Part shown: one piece after another, positions 12,946 through 26,570 of the stretch | How the letters are laid out: the number at the start of each line of letters is the position of its first letter | Position numbering within the stretch: position 1 is the stretch's first letter | Assembly (NCBI GenBank): GCA_051294375.1 | Contig: JBJCIZ010000239.1 | Coordinates: 3,592,461 to 3,656,460 of the forward strand | DNA from: Paraspadella gotoi | Lineage: Eukaryota > Animalia > Chaetognatha | DNA length: 64,000 nt | Direction: 5' to 3' | Position numbers and translations under genes: made by a program | Notes under the pieces: model-generated | The model's input: only the letters and a program-made list of their open reading frames with translations | What the model was told of the DNA's origin: nothing | Databases searched by the model: none

Positions 12946-13639
12946 AGAGACAGAGAAACAAAGGAACAACGAATGCATTTGTGTAGGCAGCAAGTTTACA
13001 GTTCGGGTTGGTCGGAAAGGCAGTTTAGTTACAGTGCGGGCCAGAAAATTCGTTCGTCTTTTGATTCGATGAACGAAACCGAAAAGAAAAATGAGCGGAA
13101 AAAATTTTGGAAAGAATCAATTCGAGCGAAAAAAATTTCGAGGGGAGGTTCTGCATTTGGAATCACTTGCTGTCTCTCTCTCTCTCTCTCTCTTCTCTCC
13201 TTCCTCTCTTCTCTCACTCCTAACCGGCATTTGCTGCAGAAACCTTCGTTGGCCTAAAAGCAGGGAAACGAGAAAATTCATGTGCATATGAATGGAAAGA
13301 GCAACTGCGTGCCTGTGTCGCTTTCGTCGATATTTTCGATTCTGAAAAAAAAGGCCTCTTTATAAGAGNNNNNNNNNNNNNNNNNNNNNNNNNNNNNNNN
13401 NNNNNNNNNNNNNNNNNNNNNNNNNNNNNTCCTCTTAAAGAGATGCAACATCCCGCGCGACGCATAAGTATAAGAAATATGAGGACCTGGTGACCGAGAT
13501 AAAGAGATGAGAGGAGACGGAAGACACAAGAAGAAGTTTTGGGTTTTTTGAGGGAGGGAGAGAGCGGAGGAGAGAGGAGAGGAGAGGGGAGAGAGAGCAG
13601 AGAGAGAGAGAGAGAGAGAGACGAGAGAGGAGATGAGAG

Positions 13640-14300
13640 ATATGTGAGGGTTAATGTGGGGATAGCAGGGAGAGAGAGGCGGGAGAGGCGAGAGAGGAGA
13701 GAGAGAGAGTAAGAGAGAGAGAGAGAGAGAGGAGAGAGAGTATGTGTAGGGTCAATGTGGGGTGCAGGAGAGCGAGGGAGAGGAGAGAGAGGACGAGAGG
13801 GGAGAGAGAGAGGAGAGAGAGAGACAGAGAGACAGAGACGAGACAGAGACAGAGAGAACAGAAAAAGACAGAGAGAGAGAGAGAGAGGGACGAGACGAGA
13901 GAGGAGACGAGAAGAGAGAGAGAGACGAGAGGATATGGGTGAAGGCGTCCAATGCTGGGGTGCAGGGAGAGGGCGCAGAGGAGGAGAGAGAGAGTACTGA
14001 GAGAGAGAGAGTAGAGGGAGAGCAGGCATATTGGTGGCTGGGTCAATTGTGCGGGTGCCAGGGAGAGAGGGAGAGAGGGAGAAGGTCGCGAGAGAGAGAA
14101 GCAGGAGGAGAACAGAGATAGAGAGAGAGACGACAGAGAGACGAGAGACAGAAAGAGAAAACAGAAAAAGACAGAAGAAGCGATGATAGAGAGAGAGAGT
14201 TGAGAGACGAGAGAGAGATATTCTGGGTGAGGGTCAATGGCCTGGGGTCGCAGGGAGAGAGGGAGAGAGGGAGAGGCGGAGCAGAGTAAGAGTAAGAGAG
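13640..14300 (+). repeat. composite repeat: core gggtcaatgtggggtgcagggaga separated by (GA)n
   Basis: About five noisy core copies near 13645, 13748, 13940, 14040 and 14230. Confidence 0.7.
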
Positions 14301-14932
14301 AGAGAGAGAGAGCAGAATATAAGAAAGGGTTTGAAGGTTGAAAGAGTAATTTTCTCAGTGAAGGAACACAGAGATTGGGAAAGAAAAGAAAGATATGATA
14401 GACGAAATGGAGGACAGAGATAAAAAGATAAAGAAAAAAAGAAAAAAAAGGGGATATAGAAAATAGGGAAAAGGATATTGAGGATCGATCTAACTTTGAT
14501 ATTAAAAACAAATGAAACCTTTTGGATCAAAAAAACAAAAAAAAAGAAAAGAAATAAAAATCTGGAAGCGTTCTGTTGAAGATAACAGAGTTTCAAAATT
14601 TTCAACTGAAAGCGCAATAAAATAAAAGAGAAAAAAAGCACGTGAATTGAATTCTCGAATCTCAATAAAGAAAATAAATATTTTAATTAATATATTTCCA
14701 ATAACATAACAGTACAAATTAAAGCAAATACTGTATCAGTATTACCATCGACTTCTCAGACTCTCATCCCACTTCCCCCAACAGGCCGACGGTATCTTTC
14801 CCTTCCCATAAAAATCCTTAACCTTTCGAGATTCACCATTTGCTCTTTCCTGGTTTCATCAACCTGCCTTCCTCCTGCCGTTATTAGATACATTTCGCGG
14901 CGTCTCTCTTTTCTGCTCTCTCTTTCTCTCTC

Positions 14933-14975
<43 letters not shown>

Positions 14976-16857
14976 TTGTCTTTCTATATTTCTTCTTTCT
15001 TTCTTTCTTTCCTTTCCTTTTCTTTCTTTCCCCCCTCTTTCCTCCTTCTTTATTTCTTTTTCTTTCTTTTCTTCCCTTCTCTCTTTCTTTCTTCCCTCTA
15101 TATTCTCACTCTCTCTCCTCCTCTCTCTCTCTCTCTCCCTCCATCTCCTCTGTCCTCTTTGTTTTCTTGTTCTTGTTCTTTCTCTTCCTCCCACATTCAT
15201 CTCCTCTACTTTCTCTATCTCCTCCTCTCCTCGATCTCGGGCTTTCCGTTTTCTCACTAACTCCCACCTCCCAGCCACAACATGGTTACTCTCACATCTA
15301 GTAACGAGAAAAGCATAACGATTTTTCCCCCTGGCGCGGCCTTTTCGAAATAAGCGAGCCTTGATTTTCGTCAACGCCTACGCGGTGGTCGTTCGGTGCG
15401 ATCGGCTGTGTGTATTTCGATCCATAAGCCATATAGGTGATCTTCGCTATGCGAGCATATGAATTATTTCGCATACCGAAGTCAATTGGGTAACGGTCGG
15501 CTCGATAGCGAGAGCCATCTGTAGGTATTTTTGCCTTATCAACACCATCGCTCATGCGAGGAGGGAGGCGACCATGGTGATCTTACTGAACAACCAATAA
15601 AAATTGATTGTGATAGCGTAACAATGATACATGGGCGTTACAGTACTATACCAGTTAGGTATTCATGGTATTATTTGATTCCGTCTTTGTCCTGTTTTTT
15701 TTTTCATTTTTATCGCTGTCCGCTCAAAGTTAAACAGCATTACAATTAAAATTATCAAACGACAAATCTTTTATAAGAAACGAACAATGAATGCCTATAA
15801 TCTCATTTGCATAAGGTATTAATTAATTTTTTATATGTTCATTTTACCGCACTCCTCCCAAATGGATATTGCACTTAGAAAATGTTATTTTAATTAACGA
15901 TAAGAGAAACTTATCTTGTGTCAGGATTTTAGTCTCACTCGTTTAAAAAACTAAATTCAATTTTTCTACGTCCTTTACATCTGGTTTTATCCCGACCGCA
16001 AAACACAACACGGACCACAAACAAATCAACGAATGACTAAAATTCCAAATCGATTCAAGTTCAGGTTTAGAACTATCGACACTAATCTGTTTGCCCAATA
16101 CAATAAAAACCACTTTCTAAGTTTTTTTTCTGGAACTGCCATCATGGCGGTTACATTTACTTAGAATCCATTTGGAAATCATGAGTGGTCCTATTCATAT
16201 AATTGAAACCATTCTTGACTATATTGTAACACTTCAGTAATAAGCGAAGCCACGGTGCTTCATGGGAGTGAATAACAAACTGCGAGAGATGTCTTAATAA
16301 AAAGCTTGCTAAGGAAAATAAATCGAACTTTATATGGCACATCCCTGTGATTGGGGATGGCTCATTCTCACTATTGGCACTTGGAGGGGCTTTCCGACCC
16401 TCTAGTGACGCCTCCAGTCACTGGCGCGATTACACCCTAGGGACGCGTCTCGCCCTGTTGCAAACGCAGAGGGAAGTCGTTCGGACTGTGGATGGAACAC
16501 CTACGCCTGGGATGGTATGTTTCCCCTCTGAGCCAATGATGTGGTCTGAAGGATGCGTGAACGTGCAGGCGGTTGTGAATATACCGCCACAACTTACAAT
16601 TTAAAGTTTAAAAGAGGACAAATTTGGCAAAACTTTTCTTGCTTATTGTTATAGCATAGTTATCTCATAATGAAAAACTATCTAATATTAACTGTGGAAA
16701 ATTGGTCTTGCTAAGTTCTCACTGATTAGACTTAAATAATAAATTGATAATTTAATGAAACAAATACACGTTTGTTCGCATACAAAATTTCCACACATTC
16801 TACGACGAAGCTAACAACATCCCGAACCCCCGTTCCCCACCCCAAACCGATTCTCAC

Positions 16858-17107
16858 CGATCTGATTCTCGTAGATAATGACGTCTCCGTAGAGCGTCTG
16901 CCTCTTCTTGGAGATGGACGTTTCTATGGCGACCATAAAGTCCGAGGTGGAATCGTAGACGGAGAGCAGGAGCGAGAGAAAAGTGTAGAAGAATTCCATG
17001 CAGGTGATCTGGAGGTGCGCCGCCGCCGCAGTCGACGCGGCGGAGGAGACCGCAGCCGTCACTTCCGCCGGGGAGGGGCCCATGTCGACGAGACGGACGT
17101 TGATCAT
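16858..17107 (-). CDS. XK-related protein, exon 1 (MINVRL...FFYTFLSLLLSVYDSTSDFMVA...ENQI-G)
   Basis: GC-rich ORF with the first in-frame ATG at 17107. A hydrophobic helix is followed by D-x-x-S-D, as in XK-family TM1. Donor ATCG|gtgaga, phase 1. The true start could lie further upstream. Confidence 0.8.
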
Positions 17108-17505
17108 GCTCGAGGCATGGAGGGAAGGTCGGCGGGGGTGGGGGGGGGGAGGGTGATCGGAGTGCACGGCGGGAAAATGATCGATTAAAGGGAAAGTGTT
17201 TGATTTGTAAAAAAAGTTTGTAAAACTTGGTCGGTTAGTCTATGTATATATCGTGCGCTGGTTATTTCTGCGCTAATTGATTTGTTTTGCGAGTTGTTAA
17301 ATCAAACTGTCAAATTAAAACCCTACGAAGGCCCGCCGTCGTTTGTTTAATTTCTTTCCGTTTGCGGGAAATAATTCCGCATCATCCATCATCCTCGGGA
17401 GTAGGCCGAACAGGTTGAAAACTAGAAGTCTCTCAATAATTTAAAGATAAAGTGACTGTTAAGAATATGAAGAATAAAATAATTTTAAAAATATCTTAAT
17501 TAATA

Positions 17506-17889
17506 AGGCACGGAAGCATTTAAAGATTATTTTATTACTATATTGTAAAGTTAGAAAATTTTTTTTTGAATTTTTCAATTTTTTTTAAGATTCTGATAGA
17601 GCTTTTAAAAGTTAGATATATGGTTTTAATACTTAATTTTAAAAATTTTTTGTTTTATTGATTAAAAATTTTAAAAAAGAAAAATTCAAGCAATATGATG
17701 CATGATGATCGAATTTTTTAAAACGTTTTTTCTATTTTTAACCAATTTCTTGTAAAATTTGAATTAAAATGATATACTAACTTCAATTTAACTTTTTAGC
17801 TCTAACGAAACCGTTTCTTAAAAAATCACATTTTTAAAATTTTAATTTTTCATTTGTGTATATATTAAAATATTTAAAAGCTTCAGTGC
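17506..17889. mobile_element. AT-rich MITE with imperfect terminal inverted repeats
   Basis: Left end gcacggaagcatttaaa matches the reverse complement of right end tttaaaagcttcagtgc. The interior resembles 30720-31189. Confidence 0.55.
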
Positions 17890-18840
17890 AACAACCGCAA
17901 TGACTAATAAAAGTTACATTGGTAAATGGGTTTTAGTAATAGACGGAAAAAGGGATTTTTTTGAGAGAATTTAAAAGTTAAAAAGTGTTAATTTGCGNNN
18001 NNNNNNNNNNNNNNNNNNNNNNNNNNNNNNNNNNNNNNNNNNNNNNNNNNNNNNNNNNNNNNNNNNNNNNNNNNNNNNNNNNNNNNNNNNNNNNNNNNNN
18101 NNNNNNNNNNNNNNNNNNNNNNNNNNNNNNNNNNNNNNNNNNNNNNNNNNNNNNNNNNNNNNNNNNNNNNNNNNNNNNNNNNNNNNNNNNNNNNNNNNNN
18201 NNNNNNNNNNNNNNNNNNNNNNNNNNNNCAAAGAAAGAAACAAAGAAACAAACAAAGAAAGAGAGGTTAAAAGGAATTAAAAGAAGGAATTGCAAAACAA
18301 AAAGTTTTTTTCTAATCTAATTAAACCTAATATTTCTAAAATAGTTATTTTTTCATCCTTGTTTAGATTCGCTCGTCAAAGATATCAATGTTGAACTTCA
18401 GAAATGTCACAGTTCTCTCGAGAAACCCATTCGTTTCTCAAGCTGTCCTCTCTTTCGATCTCAAAATTTGATTTTTTTTTAAACAAGCATCGCTTATTAT
18501 TACTGATTGTAATTGATCTGCTTAGAACTCATATATGATTTTAATTTGAATTTAAACGAAATTACGTAAGTCCTGCTTATTTTCTAATGTTTTTTTTATT
18601 TTTTAATAAAAACAAAGTCTTTTATTTTTTAAAATCCAATCAAAACCTGAAATCATTCGTGACAAAAAAAAAACAAAACTAGTGGCGCCGCCATTCGTCA
18701 GACACCGAAAGAAAACCGATCAACGATTTTTTGTTTTTGTTTTGTCATTGTTTTGATTTTTTATTTTTTTTAGTTTACTTTACAACGAGAAAGACGAATT
18801 TTGAAAAACGGACCGAAAACAATGACTGCGACGGGTTGGA

Positions 18841-18876
<36 letters not shown>

Positions 18877-21376
18877 NNNNNNNNNNNCGGACGGACGGAC
18901 GTTGATCGACCGACTGACGTTCACATCCGGAAATTTTTCGCTGATGTGAAAAATCGTGGAGGAAACGAATCCTCATCATTCGTGAATTCACGGGAGGCAG
19001 GAAAATGAGGGAGGAAGGGTTTGTGATAATAATGTGAATTGTGAAATGATGCGAGATACTGCAAAATGTCACGGTTTTCCGCAGAATCATTGCATGCAAG
19101 AAGGGTTGTGGACTAACCGTGACTGAATCGGAAAAAGTATTTTTTCGATAATAAATTTAAGTGCGTAAACAGCGGAAGCTTTTTTAGGATTTGTGTGAGG
19201 ATTCTTGCATCCTAAATAAATCCTAGATGCATGTAAAAAGTGAAAGCCGGACTGGACACGTTTCAGTGAGATGTACGACAAAACAAGATTCCGTGAGATG
19301 CCGTTTGATACAGTGAAATGCCTTAAAAATGTCGTTGGATAAATGTGAGCTACCATGTAATTTTTGGTAAAGCAGAAATATTCCTCGTAATAGACGAACA
19401 GTCGTGACGATAATCGATTTGATTTCCTTTAGATGAGATTTTCCTTTTCCCTCCAGACATCACGTGATCATTCACACAATCGTCGTCGTCGTCGTCGTCC
19501 GACGGGTGAATGAACCCTTGGCCATCCCGGCTCAAAGGCACGAACGGGGAGCGGACGACCGGAGGTGCAAAGAGAAACTGTTAGGGAAATGGGCGAATAC
19601 TGACACCTGCTCCGCGCCAAGTGGGCGTGAATATATTAAGTGAAGCCTGGCACCAGTGACCAATGCGAAATTGCTGCACAACGTTGCTTGCGGCAGACGA
19701 AACGAAAAATAAGAGTGGAGTAGTTTTTTTTTTAAATGAGAAAGTTTAAGTATTAAAGAATAAATCTTGAAATTTTACGATTGAAGTTGAAGTTTTTGCT
19801 TTATTGAAATTGGTACAAGCAATATCAAAATTATTTATTGATTTAATATTAATTTTGGACTTTGTTCCCAATGGACATTGGACAAGCGATGGGTAATTCG
19901 ACGTAATTCCGGGGACGATCGTACTTTTAGTTTCGTTTGACTTTTAAATGGTTCCAGACGCAGAAATTAATAAAACGTTGCTATTATTGAAATGAATATA
20001 TGAAAAAAGAATTGGACAAGTCCATAAATTAATTCCGAGTAACTCACTTTTCCGCAAAAAGTGAACCAGATACGAATCAGAAAAGCAGACAGCGAAAATT
20101 TGTTACGATTCCATCAAGCGGTTCACTTCGTTCTCTCACACACTTCACAGGTGCGCGTGAATCCGAGTCAGCGGGAGCGCCCCCCTATCTCCCACAGAAG
20201 GGAGGCGACGGCGCCGCGCGAGAGATTTACGGCGTTGAGATCGACGCCGGAACGAAGCTGAATTAGCGCCGGAAATGGACTTCCGGTCGTTGGGAGATGG
20301 AATCGTGAAATACGGAAGCTGATAAATGTTATTGGATATTTGTTATGTTTGATAGTTTTAAAAAAGGAAAGTGTAGCTGGTTGTTTCTTGTTATAATTAT
20401 TGACTGGTGTTTAATGAGAGTTAGAAATAGATACATGTAAAACGGAGAGAAAAAATTGTTTTTGACCAAGTCGATCAATTTATAATAGAGAAAAAAAGTA
20501 AAAAAAAGTTTGTATGAAAAATTGTTGACGAAAAATAAAAAAATCTTGTACCGAGAAACGGATAAGGGGAGAAAAGGAAGACGAAATCGATAGACGGATT
20601 CGCTTTGATGGACAAATGGATGAATGGAGACTCGAATGAACGGACAATGGCATCGCAAGAGTATCAAGCAACCAGAAGCAAATCGGAGGCTCGGGCGATC
20701 TCCGCAGGAAATACCGAAATACCGAAGTCTGCGACGGAGAACGAATCAAATGGTGGAATTGGTCGTAACGGCGTCGGCACTCCGGCAGGGAAAGTCGCCG
20801 GAGCTGACGGGATTAGATCGTCGGCGTTGGCTCGAATTAATCGGCGGAGCTGCCAAGAGCCAACCGCCGGGTCGAGGTGCGAATTGATTGTCGATGTTTG
20901 CTCGAAATAATCGCCGGTTCTGGTCGGAAAATTTCCCATTGCCTGTGAAAGCGTGTGAGAGGACACGATGTTCACAAAACCTGAAGTGCGATTTAACCGA
21001 TGGCGGATCTAAGTCGCCGACGTTGACTCGTGCGTCGGCAGCATCGATTTAAAGAGATTTGCCGACGCTGGCTCGATCGCCGACCCGTTGGCCAGCGTCG
21101 ACGGAAAAGTAAAGTTATATTCGCCATCAAAACTTTTTTTTTTTTCCCCGGTCCTAAGCCGCAACGGGAAAAAATGATGTGCGGAGCTCACGATATTCCC
21201 GTCCGCTTGGAATTTATTACCTTGACCAAATCGTACTTTTCGAAGCGACGTGTATATTTACATTTGGTTGCGAATGACGAAGAGTTTTTTTTAAAAAAAA
21301 TGGCGAATCGACTGTCAGGAATTACTCGAAAGCATCATCGGTGTTGTTTCGGGTCAAAGGGACTTGAAGAAATCGA

Positions 21377-21524
<148 letters not shown>

Positions 21525-22034
21525 CAAAGATGACGCTGGGGAACGAGAAATTAAAATACTATTGCGTCAGTACAAGTGAGTTTAACTTTGGTATCCTGAC
21601 AAAAGTGACCTAGGATTCCCTAGCGTAATCACAGCTTGAATAAACGCTACCAAGGCGCCTTGACGGACGCTACGCTGGGCGCAGGAGGCAACACTGTTAT
21701 ATAGCGTTATAAGCTTCCGTTCAAGTTTAAATTAAACAGATTACCGCATTAAAAAAAATTATTCTCTGACCAAAGGTGACAAGATGTAAAAAAATAGTAA
21801 AAAATGTCGGATACGAAGCGATGTTGTCCCGGAGATTGTCACGTCGTCGTCGGACAATGTCACGGCGCGGCTGAGGAAGCGTCACAAAAACGTCACGGAC
21901 AAATCACCGAGCGATGATACGAAAAAAAAATCATTAAGACGCCATCAAGAGATGAAAATCGCGAAATCCATTCGGAAGGGAAAAAAAAACCGCGAAAGCT
22001 TTTAACCTTTTCACCCAAAGGAAAGGAAGAGCAA

Positions 22035-22167
<133 letters not shown>

Positions 22168-22337
22168 TTGTTTTATTAATTGAATTGAAAATGTCGTGTG
22201 TGGCTGAACGAATTTTCAGTTTTTACGCAGAAGTACAAAAGGAGTTTAGGTTATAAAAAAGTTTTTTAAACGAAGAATCTTTTTACATTGAAAATGTTTC
22301 TATTGGGAACAGAAATAAAGAATGAATTATGACGAAG

Positions 22338-22398
<61 letters not shown>

Positions 22399-22869
22399 TA
22401 GAGAGATAGAGAGATAACATAATTGAATGAATTAAAAAAAAGCGGAAAAAGATGAATCGATTGGATAAGAAAAGAGAAACGAAATTTCACTTTTTTTTTG
22501 TGATTTTGATTTCGATTTTTGAGATAAACTTTTCTCTTTTTGAAAATAAAAAAGTAGAAAAAGATCACAGAGTTGAAAAAAAAAATAATCGGGAGATCAC
22601 GAGTTTTAAAAGAAATCTCGCGCGAATTTTCTTCTTGAAGTTCAATGAGGACGAACCTTTTTTTTAACTAAAAATAAACGATGATGATGATGATGATGGC
22701 AACAAAGTTGACGTAGGTGAAGACGATGACGAAGACGACGACTGTTAACAACCCTCTTAGACGAAATTGATGCCCGCGCATCAACGGACAATTAGAAAAG
22801 ACGACGATGAAGACGAGGCGAAAACGACGACAACGAGGACGAAAGACGAAGATGACCACGACGATGTCA

Positions 22870-23135
22870 GCGGTGAAATCAGCGGCGAAGTCAATGGCGA
22901 AGTCAACGGCGAAGTCAACGGCGAAGTCAACGGCGAAAGCCAAACGGCGAAAGTCATATTGGCGAAGTCAATGGCAAAGTCAACGGCGACAGTTGCATAA
23001 CGGAAAACTCAACCGGCGAAGTCAACGGCGAAGTAAACGGTGAAGGTCAACGGCGAAGTCAACGGCGAAGTCAATGACGAAGCCAATGGCGAAGCCAATG
23101 GCGAAGTCAACGGCGAAGTCAACGGCGAAGTCATG
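22870..23135 (+). repeat. 12-bp minisatellite (GGCGAAGTCAAC)n
   Basis: About 20 tandem units with variants. It accounts for the GEVN/AKST/FAVD-repeat ORFs. Confidence 0.9.
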
Positions 23136-23251
23136 GACGAGGTTACGGTCAATTTAAAATAAAAATTGTATCGCATCAAAAAACAATAGAAGAAATACTG
23201 GCGAGGCCAAAGCTTGACCAGATCGGCGGGAAAATGAAACGCGGTAAAGCA

Positions 23252-23301
<50 letters not shown>

Positions 23302-25102
23302 CTTCCAGCGAACAGTGTTTGACGACATCCTTGAATGATTAGACACGATTTATGAATTCATTTGCGGATCCCAAGATAACGACGACGACGACGACGACGA
23401 CGACGACAAATTAGTTTGCAGATATGAAACGCAAACATGGGTACACGGATCACGCGTATTTGCGCGAGGAACAAGAAAAAGCAAAACAAGTCGTGATTAG
23501 AATTTGGTTGATTTCAATATCCCTTGGGAAAGATTTTTAACACTGAAATCATCGTGAATTTTCTTTCTTTTCGTTGTGGTTGTGTATTGGAAGACGTTTT
23601 TAATGTTTTTCTACAAATAAAGTCGTTGTAAAAAACATAAAAAAAGGCTTCCAACACTGAAATCAAAACATTTTCATTTGAAGCTAAAAATTATTTTGAA
23701 AGGGTTTTAATATTTCTCTATTCATTAAAAAAAAAAGACAAAAAACTAATAATCTAGCTATGAAAAAAAATGTTAGCTAATTCCCAGATTTCTGTATCAT
23801 TTCAATCTTTTAAATACAAATAAAGGAGAAATGAATTGATTCTTTTATTTTACAAAGAATTAATGATGAACTTGTCTTTGTCATAAAATCGTAAGTCAAA
23901 AAAAGATGCAAAATATATTTTTTTGTTGTTGTTGTTTTTTTTTAAACAAAAACATGCATAATTTTTTTTTCTTTCAAGAAAAATAATATTTGCGTAACAT
24001 TTTGCCCTTTTAAATCTATTCAAAACGGTTTCTTCGAAACATTGCAGAAAATATTAATTCCACAAGTAATAAAAACTTGATTGCATTCAGTGAGTTCAAT
24101 GATAGTCAAACCTTACGACTTTTTGAATAATATAGCTTTTACATTTCGTATTAATTATGATCACTTAAGCGTTTTATACTGAAAAGAAAATAATCACGTA
24201 ATTTTTAATTGATAAGATTTTGCGTCACTTGATCACGTGACTGATCACGCGATAACAATTAAACTCTTTTACATATTGGACCCTTTACTACGATTTTTTT
24301 TTAAAAAAGGTGGACCATGGGAAAAGGTACTTTTTTCAACCGTGAGATGGGAAAGGAGAGGGAGAAGGAGAGAGAGAGAGGGAGAGAAAGAGAGAGAGAG
24401 AGAGAATAACGGGTCATTGAAAAGAAACACCCAGTATCAGAGGTATCAACAAACTATCAAGGCCTCGTTGTTCTTTTAACAGGAAAAAGATTTTTATTTT
24501 GAAGGGAATCAAATCAACGAAAAACTAAAACAATTTTAACATAAAAATCTCAATTTTTTTTGTTTTTGTTTATCGAGAAAAATTCGCGGGGAAATTTTGA
24601 CAGTTCGGGTAAGAAATGACAAAAAAAAAAGTTTGAGATAAGAGGTTTGTTGAAAAGTTGTTTTTTTTGGGGGGGAGGGGGTAAAGTTAGGAAATTCTTA
24701 GCGGACGAGCCGTCTCTACAAGACTAATGTTTCTTTCAAGCAGTTTTTTTTTTAAATAATATTCTGGAGCAGATAAATTCTACAATTTAACACGAAAAAT
24801 ATTCGAAATAACAGTTTTTTTTAATAACATTGTTTTTTTTTTAACCCGAATGCTACTTCGAATTTAGCTTTAAGAAATTGTCATCAGCTGTAAATGCTAA
24901 ATAGATAAGTACTGTGGAAATTGAATTTACTATGTACCCTTAATATCTGAAATGAAATAACCTGCTTGACAATTTACAGTCGGACCAATTGGTAATAAAG
25001 CTTGCAGCACGATTTAACAATTGACGATATTACAATTAAACGCAGACACCAGGGAAAAGGGATTGGCGGGGGAAAAATAGGAATTGGCGGGAAAAAAGGG
25101 AG

Positions 25103-25149
<47 letters not shown>

Positions 25150-25401
25150 ACGAATGAAGTACAACCAACACAAATAAAACTGGCACCGATAAGACGGGAT
25201 ATCTTTTATCTTTCTACGGATTGGATGGACATTTAAACGGACTAACGGATTAAGGGGACAGAAGGTAGTTGTTATTTTTTTCTTTCTTCGGAACAAAAAG
25301 GAAACAAAATAGAGTAAAAGGATAAAATAAAAGTGTTGTTAGTGTTTTTTTTTTTAAATCATCTTATTTTAACTTTTGTGTTTGGTTTTAGTTAAAAGTT
25401 G

Positions 25402-25469
25402 TTTATTTGATGAGCCAAGCAAAAAGCCTTTTTGCTGGTCGTCGATCACGGAGACTGTATCCTTGGAAC
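25402..25469 (-). other. candidate terminal (3' UTR or short coding) exon of gene 2
   Basis: Strong acceptor ttttttccttcag|GTTCC, with AATAAA at 25407-25402 on the minus strand. Confidence 0.35.
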
Positions 25470-25660
25470 CTGAAGGAAAAAAAAATAATGAAGATACTTT
25501 GTAAAATTAATATAAATATTATAACATTTTCATGACGTAAAAAAAATAAATCAAAAATTATTTTGGTAATTAACTAATTATTAATTTAAAGACCGTATTC
25601 TGGAAGAAATTTATAATTTTTTCTCATCAGTGAAAAATGACGACCTATAGACAACGACAT

Positions 25661-25692
<32 letters not shown>

Positions 25693-26209
25693 CCAAGGAC
25701 CCATTATCCGTAATGAAAATCGGCATCGGGGAAAGAAACTCAAAAAGGAATTGGTTACGACTTCTGTGGTGCATCTGAGAGAAGAGAGAAGAAGCCATAT
25801 TTCAGTGCCCTATTTAAGTGTTAAGTTTAAAGATTAGTTTATAAATATGTATTAGGTTATGGTTTTGGATAAAGATTTGGTTAAGGGATTAAGGTTAAGG
25901 ATTAGGCTTGAGTTTAGAATTTAGCAACAGAAATGAGACCCTTTTCGAAAACAGTGCCAAAATCCGAAAATCCGTGTATGCGTATGTATTATTTCTGTAA
26001 TAGTAATTATAAACATTAACGAGCGTATTTGTTTATAATATATATAATAATAATTCATGGACTGTAGCTTCTTTTTAAAACACTAGCTAAAGTGTAGAAG
26101 ACGAAAAGGGCAAAAAAATAATCATAAAAAAAAAAGGATGGACGACGTTCATAAAACTAAGCCTTCTATCATACAAAACAATAGTTATCAATTTTGTTTA
26201 TTCTTAAGA

Positions 26210-26570
26210 AAACAAGAACGGTGATTCCAATGTGTAGCGCCACAGTAACTTTATTTTTACGTGTATTTCTCTTTGATCACATGATATGACATGACATGAC
26301 ATGCTTAAAAAACTTTCTCAGCCCTTGTATTCATGACAAGCACTGCATTAAAATTCCGTCTTTAATTCCTTATAGTTTTAGGATTTCCTTAAGGGGACGC
26401 TCGCAGTCCCTTAGATTTCAGGTTTTTTTTTTGTCTTAATAAATGAGCAACCAAATATAGGCGAATTATATGGAACAAACTGATAGACAGACATACCGAT
26501 CGACAGATAGACATACAGACAGATCGACCGATCAAAAAGTGACTTATAGAGTTGCTCCGAGCAAAAAAAA
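26210..26570 (+). mobile_element. non-autonomous Helentron-like (HINE/DINE-type) element with degraded 3' hairpin
   Basis: Starts aacaag, has a (gaca/gacc)n tract and ends aaaagtgacttatagagttgctccg followed by an A-run. Homologous to 52836-53163. Confidence 0.6.

Noticed and set aside
13220-15374. Long Leu/Ser, Arg/Glu or Phe-rich ORFs (also 28366-29044, 38017-38484, 45348-45906, 58282-59119)
   Set aside because: They are translations of (GA)n, (TC)n and (GAAA)n tracts that lack stops by composition.
16090-16600. Short ORFs in balanced-composition sequence within XK intron 1
   Set aside because: No recognisable motif or splice-compatible frame. Possibly an old TE fragment, but unsupported.
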